From contig PKZK01000043.1 in assembly GCA_003133025.1 (NCBI GenBank), forward strand, positions 1-13,416: 13,416 bases of DNA, given 5' to 3'. Positions within the stretch are counted from its first letter, which is position 1. Each line of letters begins with the position of its first letter. Positions 1-7,244 of the stretch are shown piece by piece. Position numbers and translations under genes: made by a program. Below the pieces are notes generated by a model. The model saw nothing but the letters and a program-made list of their open reading frames with translations. It had not been told where the DNA came from and searched no databases. The DNA is from Vulcanimicrobiota bacterium. Its GTDB lineage: Bacteria > Vulcanimicrobiota > Vulcanimicrobiia > Vulcanimicrobiales > Vulcanimicrobiaceae.

Positions 1-431
1 CGGTCGGCGAGCTTGATGATGATGACCCTGATGTCCTTGGCCATCGCCATGAACATCTTGCGCAGATTCTCGACCTGCGCGTCTTCTTTCGACTGATAGG
101 GGATCCGGGTCAGCTTGGTGACGCCCTCGACCAATTGCGCGATCTCGGGACCGTACTTCTCGGCGACCTCCTCGCTCGTAACGACCGTGTCCTCGACCAC
201 GTCGTGGAGGATGGCGGCGGCGATCGTCGCGGTGTCCATCTCCATGTCGGCCAGGATGCGGGCGACGGCGAGGGGATGCTCGATATAGGACTCGCCCGAG
301 GCGCGCTGTTGGCCTTCGTGGGCGGCATCCGCGAGTTCGTACACGCCACGAAGCCAGGCGGGATCCAGGGTCGGGTCGTACGACCGGACCTTCTGGATGA
401 GATCCTCGGCGAGCGGGATGGTGTGGGACAT
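1..431 (-). CDS. relA: RelA/SpoT family (p)ppGpp synthetase/hydrolase, 5' part; runs off the window start and is not in the ORF track
   Basis: Manual translation from ATG 431: MSHTIPLAEDLIQKVRSYDP...AAHEGQQRASGESYIEHPLAVARILADMEMDTATIAAAILHDVVEDT...VEGVTKL...ENLRKMFMAMAKDIRVIIIKLADR. Classic long-RSH N-terminal HD hydrolase domain with intact HD motif; lies downstream of apt. Confidence 0.97.
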   Translation of the reverse strand, partial: MSHTIPLAEDLIQKVRSYDPTLDPAWLRGVYELADAAHEGQQRASGESYIEHPLAVARILADMEMDTATIAAAILHDVVEDTVVTSEEVAEKYGPEIAQLVEGVTKLTRIPYQSKEDAQVENLRKMFMAMAKDIRVIIIKLAD

Positions 432-446
432 AAGTGTAGTTTGCCT

Positions 447-475
447 ATCATGCCATAGACGCCCAGGGGTGTCCA
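447..475 (-). promoter_or_regulatory. Putative sigma70-type promoter for relA
   Basis: Minus strand TGGACA (475-470), 17-bp spacer ending in TGG (extended -10 TGn), CATGAT (452-447); 15 nt upstream of the ATG. Confidence 0.55.
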
Positions 476-500
476 CCGCATGGCGGGTCCTTACGAAAAC

Positions 501-1019
501 TCAATACTGGATGAACGCCGTGACCTCGTGACCCAGTTCCTCGAGCGACTTCCGGCCGTTCAAAAAGCTCAATTCGACCAGGAAGGCAAAGCCGACGATG
601 TCCGCGCCGAGCCGGTCGAGCAGCCGCGCCGTCGCGCCGGCCGTGCCGCCGGTCGCCAAAAGGTCGTCGACGACCAGCGTCTTGGCGCCCTTGCCCACCG
701 CATCGGCATGGATCTCGAGCGAGTTCGTCCCGTATTCGAGTTCGTATTCCTCGCGGAACGTCGTCGCCGGCAACTTGCCCGGCTTGCGCACGGGCACGAA
801 CCCGGCGCCCAGGTGATAGGCCAGCGGAGCGCCCAGCATGTACCCGCGGGCCTCGATGGCCACGACGTGCTCGATGCCCCGGTCCTTGAAACGCTCGACG
901 AAGAGATCGATCGTGGCCTTGAAGCCGGCCGGGTCGCCGAGCAGCGGCGTGATGTCGCGAAAGAGTATTCCGGGGATCGGAAAGTCCGGAATGGCCCGGA
1001 TCAGAGACTCGAGTTGCAG
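501..1019 (-). CDS. apt: Adenine phosphoribosyltransferase (~172 aa), probable CTG start
   Basis: [49 protein letters not shown]-binding [16 protein letters not shown] at 1032-1028 lies 8 nt before CTG 1019. Alternative in-frame starts are TTG 1085 and ATG 1091. Confidence 0.96.
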   Translation of the reverse strand: MQLESLIRAIPDFPIPGILFRDITPLLGDPAGFKATIDLFVERFKDRGIEHVVAIEARGYMLGAPLAYHLGAGFVPVRKPGKLPATTFREEYELEYGTNSLEIHADAVGKGAKTLVVDDLLATGGTAGATARLLDRLGADIVGFAFLVELSFLNGRKSLEELGHEVTAFIQY

Positions 1020-1148
1020 CGGCCCACCCTCCAGTTGAGAAAACGACCTGCGCTTCGGGCAAAGCCCGGGCGCACCTCCGGGCAAGGCCATTCCTCTGTC
1101 CGGGCGAACGTTAGCGGTAATGTAAGCTCCGCCAGAAAGGGAGAGCTC

Positions 1149-1448
1149 ATGTCCAAACGGACAGCTATCGCCGCGCTCGCTGCGGCCTTGGTTGCGGGCG
1201 CGTTCGCGCCGGCCCCGGCGCGCGCCAACGTCGTGGTCAACGCCGAGAACGCCGTGGTCGGAACCGTGCACCACATCGGCACCGCCATCGGCAGCATCGG
1301 GAAGAAGAAATCGAATCCCGAGCGCGAGGAATCGACGCAGCGTCAGAACGCGTACAAGACCTGGTTCCACAAGAAGTACGGCTATAACCCGACCTCGGAG
1401 CAGGTCCACGAGTGGTACGTGCGCAGTTACGGCGTCGATCCGGCCTAA
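1149..1448 (+). CDS. Small secreted hypothetical protein (99 aa) with two W-[FY]-x3-YG-x2-P repeats
   Basis: AAAGGGAGA SD before ATG 1149; Sec-type signal [27 protein letters not shown]-terminal part of ORF 480..1448. Confidence 0.85.
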   Translation: MSKRTAIAALAAALVAGAFAPAPARANVVVNAENAVVGTVHHIGTAIGSIGKKKSNPEREESTQRQNAYKTWFHKKYGYNPTSEQVHEWYVRSYGVDPA

Positions 1449-1486
1449 GCGCGCCCGAAGCAAACGATCGCGACTACGGGCGCCGC

Positions 1487-2239
1487 ATGGCGCTCGCATT
1501 CGTTGCCGCCGCGGGCCTGCATGCGCTCGCGCTGGGCTTCATCCCGCGCGCGTCGCAGCGGCCCGAAGCGACGGCCGGAGGCGAGATCGTGACGGTCGCA
1601 TTCCGCCCCAAGCCGCCGCCCACGCCCACGCCGACGGCGACGCCCGCGCCTAGGCCCACGCCGAAGCAAACGCTGCGCACCGCCGCGCTCGCGCGTCCGC
1701 CCACCATACGACGGAGCATCGGCGCGGTAGCCGCGGCACCGGCACCGCACCGCCCGCTCGCGGCCGCGCGAAGCGTCGTCCCGATCCACGCGGCGCAGCC
1801 GGGCGCGGCGAAGAGCGCCGCAGCGGAAGGCAGCGGCGGAAGCGCGGCCGAGGGATCGGCCGGAGACGGCAGTGCATCCGGAGCCGCCAGTGCATCCGCA
1901 GCTGGAACCGCCGCGCCGGCACCGTGCGGCGTCGTGATCGTCACGGAACTGGCCACGCGCTATCGGCCCGACGGCAGCCATACCGCGACCATACGTCTCG
2001 AGGTCACCCTCAGCGACGGCAGCGTCGTCGCCGACGATCTCGGCTGGCCGTTCGTCTACGCCCACGACTCCGACGACCCGTTTACGCCCGCCGGCAAAGC
2101 CGACCAAACGCCCATTCTGCTACAGCCGCCTCCGCCCGGTTACGATCTCGCGGCGCAGCAGCCCGCGACCGTCTTCGCGGTACGGCACACCGATGCGCAA
2201 GGCTATACCGACCTGACCGATTGTCCGCCCCGGGAATGA
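1487..2239 (+). CDS. TonB/TolA-like single-pass membrane protein with Pro/Ala-rich linker and atypical C-terminal domain
   Basis: N-terminal hydrophobic helix ending ..[28 protein letters not shown] linker, Gly/Ser/Ala spacer, ~105-aa globular C-terminus bounded by two Cys. Start uncertain (frame open from 1412). Confidence 0.7.
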   Translation: MALAFVAAAGLHALALGFIPRASQRPEATAGGEIVTVAFRPKPPPTPTPTATPAPRPTPKQTLRTAALARPPTIRRSIGAVAAAPAPHRPLAAARSVVPIHAAQPGAAKSAAAEGSGGSAAEGSAGDGSASGAASASAAGTAAPAPCGVVIVTELATRYRPDGSHTATIRLEVTLSDGSVVADDLGWPFVYAHDSDDPFTPAGKADQTPILLQPPPPGYDLAAQQPATVFAVRHTDAQGYTDLTDCPPRE

Positions 2240-2273
2240 AAGAAGGCGCCGCCGCACCCGGTGACGCCTTCTT
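2240..2273. terminator. Bidirectional hairpin between convergent genes
   Basis: AAGAAGGCG (2240-2248) and CGCCTTCTT (2265-2273) form a perfect inverted repeat with further inner pairing; sits between stops at 2239 (+) and 2294 (-). Confidence 0.7.
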
Positions 2274-2293
2274 CAGCCTCTCGAGAGACGGAT

Positions 2294-2569
2294 TTACATC
2301 GAGCCCTTCCGGCAATAGGCCGCGACCTTGGTGCCGTCTTTCTTCGTGTACCCCTTGACGAGGGTCTGGCCCGACGGACACTTCGTGACGGCTTTGGACA
2401 TCGACATGGGCGGCTTGGCGGTCGACTTGGTCATGGGCTTGGCAGTCGACATCATCATGGCTTTGCCGGTCGACATGGCGGCGGGCGTGGCCATCGGATC
2501 GGCGGAGACAGCTCCACCGAGTGCGAGCGCGAACGCGAGCGCCGCGCAAGCGGAAATGAGACGTTGCAT
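2294..2569 (-). CDS. Small secreted Met/Lys-rich protein (91 aa) with C-terminal C..VKGYTKKDGTKVAAYC motif
   Basis: GGAGGT SD 9 nt before ATG; signal peptide MQRLISACAALAFALALGGAVSA; 9 Met in the 68-aa mature chain. Confidence 0.85.
   Translation of the reverse strand: MQRLISACAALAFALALGGAVSADPMATPAAMSTGKAMMMSTAKPMTKSTAKPPMSMSKAVTKCPSGQTLVKGYTKKDGTKVAAYCRKGSM
2405..2476 (-). repeat. Three degenerate 24-bp in-frame tandem repeats (MSTGKAMM / MSTAKPMT / KSTAKPPM)
   Basis: atgtcgaccggcaaagccatgatg / atgtcgactgccaagcccatgacc / aagtcgaccgccaagccgcccatg read on the minus strand. Confidence 0.75.
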
Positions 2570-2646
2570 AGGAAGAATACCTCCGGAAGTAAGGCGGAAG
2601 CGTTCTACCTTCGCCGCGCGGTCGCGCTGACCCCTAAGCGGGCGAT

Positions 2647-3447
2647 TCAGCCGACTGTTTCGTGCGCGATGCCCAAGGTCTCGATCCAGGCCAGGCTCGC
2701 GCGGGTGGTGCTCGAGGGTTTGTATTCGAGTCCGACCCAGCCGTCGTAACCGATCGCATCGAAGAAGGGCAGTATTCTGCCGTAATCGAGTTCGCCGGTT
2801 CCCGGCTCGTGCCGCGCGGGGCTATCGGCGATCTGCACGTGTCCGATGATGTCGAGATTGGCTTGCACGGTCGCCATGATGTTGCCCTCGGCGCGCTGCG
2901 CGTGATAGCAATCGTACTGCAACCGGAAATTCGGCCGGCCCACGAGCGCGAGCAACACCAGCGCCTCGGCCGAGGTGCCGATGAAGAACCCGGGCGTCTC
3001 GATGCGGTTGAGCGGTTCGACGAGCAAGGTTATGCCGGCCGTGCGCAGTGCGTCGGCTGCGAAGCGGAGGTTGGCCACGAGCGTGCTCTGCTGCACGTCG
3101 CGCGCGATATCCGGAATCGCTTTGCCCACCAGACAGTTGACCCGCGTGCAGCCCAATTCGGTCGCGATGCGTGCCGCGTCGGTAACGCCGCGTTTGAATT
3201 CCTCGACCCGGCCGGGATCGACCGCGAATCCACGTTCCCCGGCTGCAAAATCGCCCGCGGGCAGGTTGAACAGTACCTGTTCGACGCCCAGTGCGCGTAA
3301 TTGCGCGCGCCGCGCGCCGATCTCCTGATCGTAGGGAGACATGTACTCGACCCCGCGAAAGCCGGCAGCCGCAGCGGCGGCCACGCGTTCCTCGATGGTC
3401 GCAAACTCGCCGAAGAGAAACGACAAGTTGGCGGAGAGTTTAGGCAC
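2647..3447 (-). CDS. hyi: Hydroxypyruvate isomerase family protein (xylose-isomerase-like TIM barrel)
   Basis: MPKLSANLSFLF, AGFRGVE, LFNLPAGDFAAGERG, LLVEPLN, LQYDCYHAQRAEGN, HVQIADSPARHEPGTGELDY, GWVGLEY. Confidence 0.92.
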   Translation of the reverse strand: MPKLSANLSFLFGEFATIEERVAAAAAAGFRGVEYMSPYDQEIGARRAQLRALGVEQVLFNLPAGDFAAGERGFAVDPGRVEEFKRGVTDAARIATELGCTRVNCLVGKAIPDIARDVQQSTLVANLRFAADALRTAGITLLVEPLNRIETPGFFIGTSAEALVLLALVGRPNFRLQYDCYHAQRAEGNIMATVQANLDIIGHVQIADSPARHEPGTGELDYGRILPFFDAIGYDGWVGLEYKPSSTTRASLAWIETLGIAHETVG

Positions 3448-3515
3448 GCGCGGCCTCGACTGTCTTCATCGCTTTCCGGCTTTGACGCGGTCGGCGTGAT
3501 TCCGCCTCGAGCGAC

Positions 3516-4250
3516 TCACGGCCCGAGCGCCCGCAGCGCGGCCGCAAACGCCTCGGGCCGCAAGAGCGCCACGCCGTGTCCGACGCCCGGCACGACGATC
3601 GCGCGGCCGTGCGCCGCGGCCGCGGCGAAGCGCTTCGTCTGCCAGACGATGGGCACGTCGCGCGATCCGTTGACGAAGGTCACCGGCGCGCGGATCGCGC
3701 GCACGTCGGCAAGCGTATCGTGCCCGAGCAGCGCGCGCAGGGTCGCGCCGCGCATCCCGACGTTGAGCCCGCGCGCGACGATCGCGTCGCCGATGTCGGC
3801 GCCGGCCTCGCGGCGAAGCACGCCCGCGAAGAACCGGGCGGCGGCGCGTTCGCCGTCGAGCGCGGCCAAGGCATCGGCGGCGAGCGTGAGCCGCGCGGCC
3901 GCGCCGGTGAGCCCGCGCAAGGCATAGGTGCAGCCGCCCGCGACCACGCCGAGCAACGGCACGTCGAGGCGGCCGCCAACCGCGAGGGCGAGATAACCGC
4001 CGAGCGAATCGCCCGCCAGCAGCAGCGGTCCGCGCGCCGCGTGAGCCGTCGCACGCGCGATCAATTCGGCGATGACGGGTTCGAGTGCGAAACGCTCCGC
4101 GCGCCGCGCACCGTGACCCGGTAAATCCGGTGCGTCGACGTGCATTGCATCGCCCAACGCTCGCTGCACGCCGAGCCACGCCGCGCCGTTGGCAACCGCT
4201 CCGTGAAGCGCGAGAACCGTCACGCGAGGTGACGAAAGGTAAACGCGCAC
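3516..4250 (-). CDS. Alpha/beta fold hydrolase
   Basis: LALHG oxyanion loop, APDLPGHG, nucleophile GDSLGG, acid VNGSRD, His in GVGHG. Start GTG 4250 or GTG 4223. Confidence 0.88.
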   Translation of the reverse strand: MRVYLSSPRVTVLALHGAVANGAAWLGVQRALGDAMHVDAPDLPGHGARRAERFALEPVIAELIARATAHAARGPLLLAGDSLGGYLALAVGGRLDVPLLGVVAGGCTYALRGLTGAAARLTLAADALAALDGERAAARFFAGVLRREAGADIGDAIVARGLNVGMRGATLRALLGHDTLADVRAIRAPVTFVNGSRDVPIVWQTKRFAAAAAHGRAIVVPGVGHGVALLRPEAFAAALRALGP

Positions 4251-4306
4251 GCCATGGGAAGAGGTTACGCCGTTCGCCTCTCAACCCCGGCTATTGGAGG
4301 GTCGTC

Positions 4307-5326
4307 ATGGACGTTTCCGTCAAGCGGTTGGGCACATTGCTCACCGTCGCGCTGCTGGCCGGATGCTCCGGCCTCTCGCAGCCCGCGACGACCGGGAGCA
4401 CTTCGGCGCAATCGAGCCTGCATAGCGCCTTCGAATCCGTTCGCGCCGCCGACCGTTTCGGGATCGACGCCGGCGCGCGTAGCGCGCGCATGGCCTCGCG
4501 CGGCGCGGGCTACGGACCGGCCAAGAAAAGCGCGCAGACCCTGTTCGTCTCCGACCTCTCCGCGAGCGCGATTCGGCTCTATCCGGCCAACGTCAAAAAT
4601 CCGAAGCAGACGGGTGAGATCACGCAAGGCATCGACCTGCCGGTGAATATCGCGGTCGACCAGTCGGGTACGCTCTATGTCGCCAACAACGGCAACAGCA
4701 CGGTCACCGAATATCCGCTCGGGCAGACGACGCCGAGCGTGACCTTGACCAATTCGCTCGTCTATCCCAACGGCATCGCGGTCGATTCCGCCGGTACGGT
4801 GTACGTCACGAGCGGCTCCTCCGTCGGCGATACCTACGTCCTCGAATTTCCCAAGGGCGCGACGTCGCCGAGCGTGCAGGTCGACGGCTTCGGCCTCGCC
4901 ATCGGACTGGCAATCGACAAGGCCGGCAACCTCTACGTCGGCGACGCGCACACCAACGAAGTCTTCGAAGTAGCGAAGGGCACGACCAAACCCGTCGATC
5001 TGGCACTCACGGAACTCGCCGATCCGACGGGCGTGGCGATCAGCCCGAAGGACGACCTCTACGTGTCGAACGAAAGTCCGAGCGCGTTTGCCGTACACGG
5101 TTACAAGCTGGGCCAAACGACGCCGTTCGTCACCATCACCGACGGCACGGACGGGCCGTATGCGATCGGCTTCTCCGCATCGGGTACGCTGTTCGTGGGC
5201 AACGGATACAAACAGCCCGGGAACGTGACCGCCTACAAAAAGAACGCGACGGCGCCGTACGAGACGATCTCCGGTGAGATCGAGAATCCGGTCGGCATCG
5301 GCGTCTATCCGGGTAACGGGTTCTAA
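4307..5326 (+). CDS. NHL-repeat six-bladed beta-propeller lipoprotein (339 aa)
   Basis: GGAGG SD before ATG 4307; lipobox LAGC; repeats PVNIAVDQSGTLYVAN, PNGIAVDSAGTVYVTS, AIGLAIDKAGNLYVGD, PTGVAISPKDDLYVSN, PYAIGFSASGTLFVGN, PVGIGVYP. Confidence 0.88.
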   Translation: MDVSVKRLGTLLTVALLAGCSGLSQPATTGSTSAQSSLHSAFESVRAADRFGIDAGARSARMASRGAGYGPAKKSAQTLFVSDLSASAIRLYPANVKNPKQTGEITQGIDLPVNIAVDQSGTLYVANNGNSTVTEYPLGQTTPSVTLTNSLVYPNGIAVDSAGTVYVTSGSSVGDTYVLEFPKGATSPSVQVDGFGLAIGLAIDKAGNLYVGDAHTNEVFEVAKGTTKPVDLALTELADPTGVAISPKDDLYVSNESPSAFAVHGYKLGQTTPFVTITDGTDGPYAIGFSASGTLFVGNGYKQPGNVTAYKKNATAPYETISGEIENPVGIGVYPGNGF

Positions 5327-5342
5327 CGGCAACCCGAAGAGC

Positions 5343-5819
5343 ATGAAGCGCACCGTCGTCACCTTCAAGACGGCGATGCCGATCGAGGCGACGATGGACT
5401 TCGAGCGCGAGTACGAGCCGGAGTTACGCCTCGACCTGGAAGAGAAAAAGGCGCTCGTCGCGGCGGGATACGCGGTTTGGATGTTCGTCGACGGCGCGCT
5501 CGCCGGCGAGACCTACGCGGTGTCGCCCACAGCCGTCGGCGATGAGATCGACGACATCGATGCCATCCATCCGCTCATGCTGTACTGCTATTCCACGACG
5601 ATTCTCGGGCCGTTTCGCGGACGGGGCTTAGCGAAGGTCCTCGTCGCGTATTCCCTCGGCCAGCTGAGGCAGGCCGGATACACCACGATCGTCGGTCACG
5701 CCACGAGCCCGGCGATGGTGCACGTGCGCGCCTCGTTCGGCGCCCGGTTCGGCCCCGTGCACGAAGGCTGGTTCGGCACGCGCCGCGTCGCGCGCTTTTA
5801 CCGCATCGACCTGGAGTAA
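5343..5819 (+). CDS. GNAT family N-acetyltransferase (158 aa)
   Basis: Acetyl-CoA-binding motif A ..STTILGPFRGRGLAKVL; typical GNAT size; 16 bp downstream of the NHL gene. Confidence 0.8.
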   Translation: MKRTVVTFKTAMPIEATMDFEREYEPELRLDLEEKKALVAAGYAVWMFVDGALAGETYAVSPTAVGDEIDDIDAIHPLMLYCYSTTILGPFRGRGLAKVLVAYSLGQLRQAGYTTIVGHATSPAMVHVRASFGARFGPVHEGWFGTRRVARFYRIDLE

Positions 5820-5820
5820 A

Positions 5821-6522
5821 CTACTTTAGAAAGTCGATGACTCCGGTGTGGAAGCGGTACTCGGCTGCGACGACCTTGCAGTCGCCGCTCGCGATCGCCG
5901 GACCGAGCACCGGCGAGGCCTTCAACTTCTCGGCCTGCGCGCGTACGTTGGCAACGACGGCTTCTTGCTTCGAGCCCTTCGCCGCAACGACCGAAGCGAT
6001 GCCCGGGGCGATTGCGTGCTGCAGCACGTCGAGGTTGGGCGGCAACGGCTTGTTCTCGGCGACGGCGTCGTAGGTTGCGGCGATCGCTCCGCACGACTCG
6101 TGTCCCAACACGACGATCAGCTTGACCCCGAGCGCACCGTAGCCGTACTCCAGCGTTCCGAGCACGTTGTCGGAGACGAAGTTGCCCGCGTCGCGGAAGA
6201 CGAACAGATCGCCGACGTTCTGATCGAAAACGAGTTCGGGCGGCACGCGCGAGTCCGAACAGGAGAGGATCGTCGCGAACGGAGCCTGATGTCCGGTGAG
6301 CGCGAGGCGGCGTTCGGTCACGCCGTCTTGATTGCTCAGCGTTCCGGCCACGAACCGTTTGTTGCCCGCGACCAGCCGGGCCAGGGCCTCGGCCGGCGGC
6401 ACGCTGGTCGCGGCAGGCGCGGCCGCGATTGCGGGCAGCCGGCCCAGCGAAAGCGAGGCGGCCGCGCCGGCAGCGAGCCGCAACGCGGCGGAACGGGAGA
6501 GGCTTCGGTCGACGTGCGGCAT
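5821..6522 (-). CDS. Beta-class carbonic anhydrase with N-terminal export leader (233 aa)
   Basis: ALARLVAGNKRF, Zn ligands CSDSRV and HESCG, GDLFVFRDAGN, GTLEYG; leader LSRSAALRLAAGAAASL...AIA; AGGGG before ATG 6522. Confidence 0.93.
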   Translation of the reverse strand: MPHVDRSLSRSAALRLAAGAAASLSLGRLPAIAAAPAATSVPPAEALARLVAGNKRFVAGTLSNQDGVTERRLALTGHQAPFATILSCSDSRVPPELVFDQNVGDLFVFRDAGNFVSDNVLGTLEYGYGALGVKLIVVLGHESCGAIAATYDAVAENKPLPPNLDVLQHAIAPGIASVVAAKGSKQEAVVANVRAQAEKLKASPVLGPAIASGDCKVVAAEYRFHTGVIDFLK

Positions 6523-6583
6523 GCGCCCCTGTTCTGCAATGAGGGCATGCCTATCCTTGCCTGCCAGGCTACGGGAGCAAACC

Positions 6584-7120
6584 TCAGGCGGGGGTGGGAT
6601 CGCGTTCCAGCGCTGCGTATTCGCGCTCCATCGCGCCGCTCTCGATGTAGCGGCGCGAACGCATTGCGAGATGTTCGAAAGCGCGGCCGGTGTGCGGCCC
6701 GAAGGCGATGCGACGTTCGATGATGGCAGGCCGCATTTGCTCCCAAATCGCCACGAACGTATCGGCATACTCGGCTAAGACCAGGGCTTCCGCGACGCCG
6801 CCCTTCGTGATCAAGACCGAGATGTGTTCCAGGAACCCCAGGAGCATCGCCACCTCGAGGAACTCGGCCGGGCGGAATTGGGGATCCCGCAGGCGTTCCC
6901 GATAAGCCGGATCGCTTTGCACCTTCTGCGCGATCACCGCGAGGCTCGCCCGCGCCTCCACGGTGGCCGGCGAATCCAACCGGTCGATGATCCGCAAATA
7001 GACGACGATGTCGTTGGCATTGCGGTTGTGGCGAAGCTGCCTGAAGGCGGCGATCGCCGTGACGGCCACGATGAACGCCGAGGCCAGCGATGCGATGGCG
7101 GCGACCCAACCTGAATCCAT
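6584..7120 (-). CDS. DUF4760-like membrane-anchored helical protein (178 aa)
   Basis: GAGGA SD; N-terminal TM followed by AFRQLR; LGFLEHISVLITKGGV, W..M.P.I..RR and AFEHLA match the DUF4760 pattern as recalled (not searched). Confidence 0.65.
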   Translation of the reverse strand: MDSGWVAAIASLASAFIVAVTAIAAFRQLRHNRNANDIVVYLRIIDRLDSPATVEARASLAVIAQKVQSDPAYRERLRDPQFRPAEFLEVAMLLGFLEHISVLITKGGVAEALVLAEYADTFVAIWEQMRPAIIERRIAFGPHTGRAFEHLAMRSRRYIESGAMEREYAALERDPTPA

Positions 7121-7244
7121 CTTGCTTCCTCTCACCGCTCGGCGCAAGAGACCTGCTCGGCGCCTCCGGATTCTGCGCCTCGGCCCTTGTCGCCGGCGCG
7201 CAGCGCGTGATGTACCCGTCGACTCTTCACCAGCGGAGGCGCGG

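Noticed and set aside
110..481. ORF-track ORFs 110..481 (-) and 135..458 (+)
   Set aside because: Shadow frames of relA, which lies in another minus frame (ATG 431) and runs off the window.
1040..1140. GGGCAAA resembling the start of a c-di-GMP-I riboswitch
   Set aside because: The GNRA-capped P2 stem and the following GACGCAAAGC-like segment are absent.
1020..1499. 160-aa N-terminal extension of apt in ORF 501..1499
   Set aside because: Antisense to the well-supported 1149..1448 gene and has no Apt-like content; an open frame is expected at this GC.
1610..1665. CCCACGCC-type short repeats
   Set aside because: They encode the Pro-Thr linker; not a CRISPR array or regulatory repeat.
3448..3515. 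GGAAT...GTCAAA ECF-sigma-like promoter upstream of hyi
   Set aside because: Spacer is only ~12 bp, too short for ECF promoters.
5817..5823. GNAT and carbonic anhydrase stop codons 1 bp apart with no terminator
   Set aside because: Common in compact high-GC genomes; no evidence of antisense regulation.
7008..7244. Longer N-terminus of the C11 protease from 7008
   Set aside because: Overlaps the DUF4760-like gene on the opposite strand, is Arg-rich noise, and ATG 7245 has a GGAGG SD.
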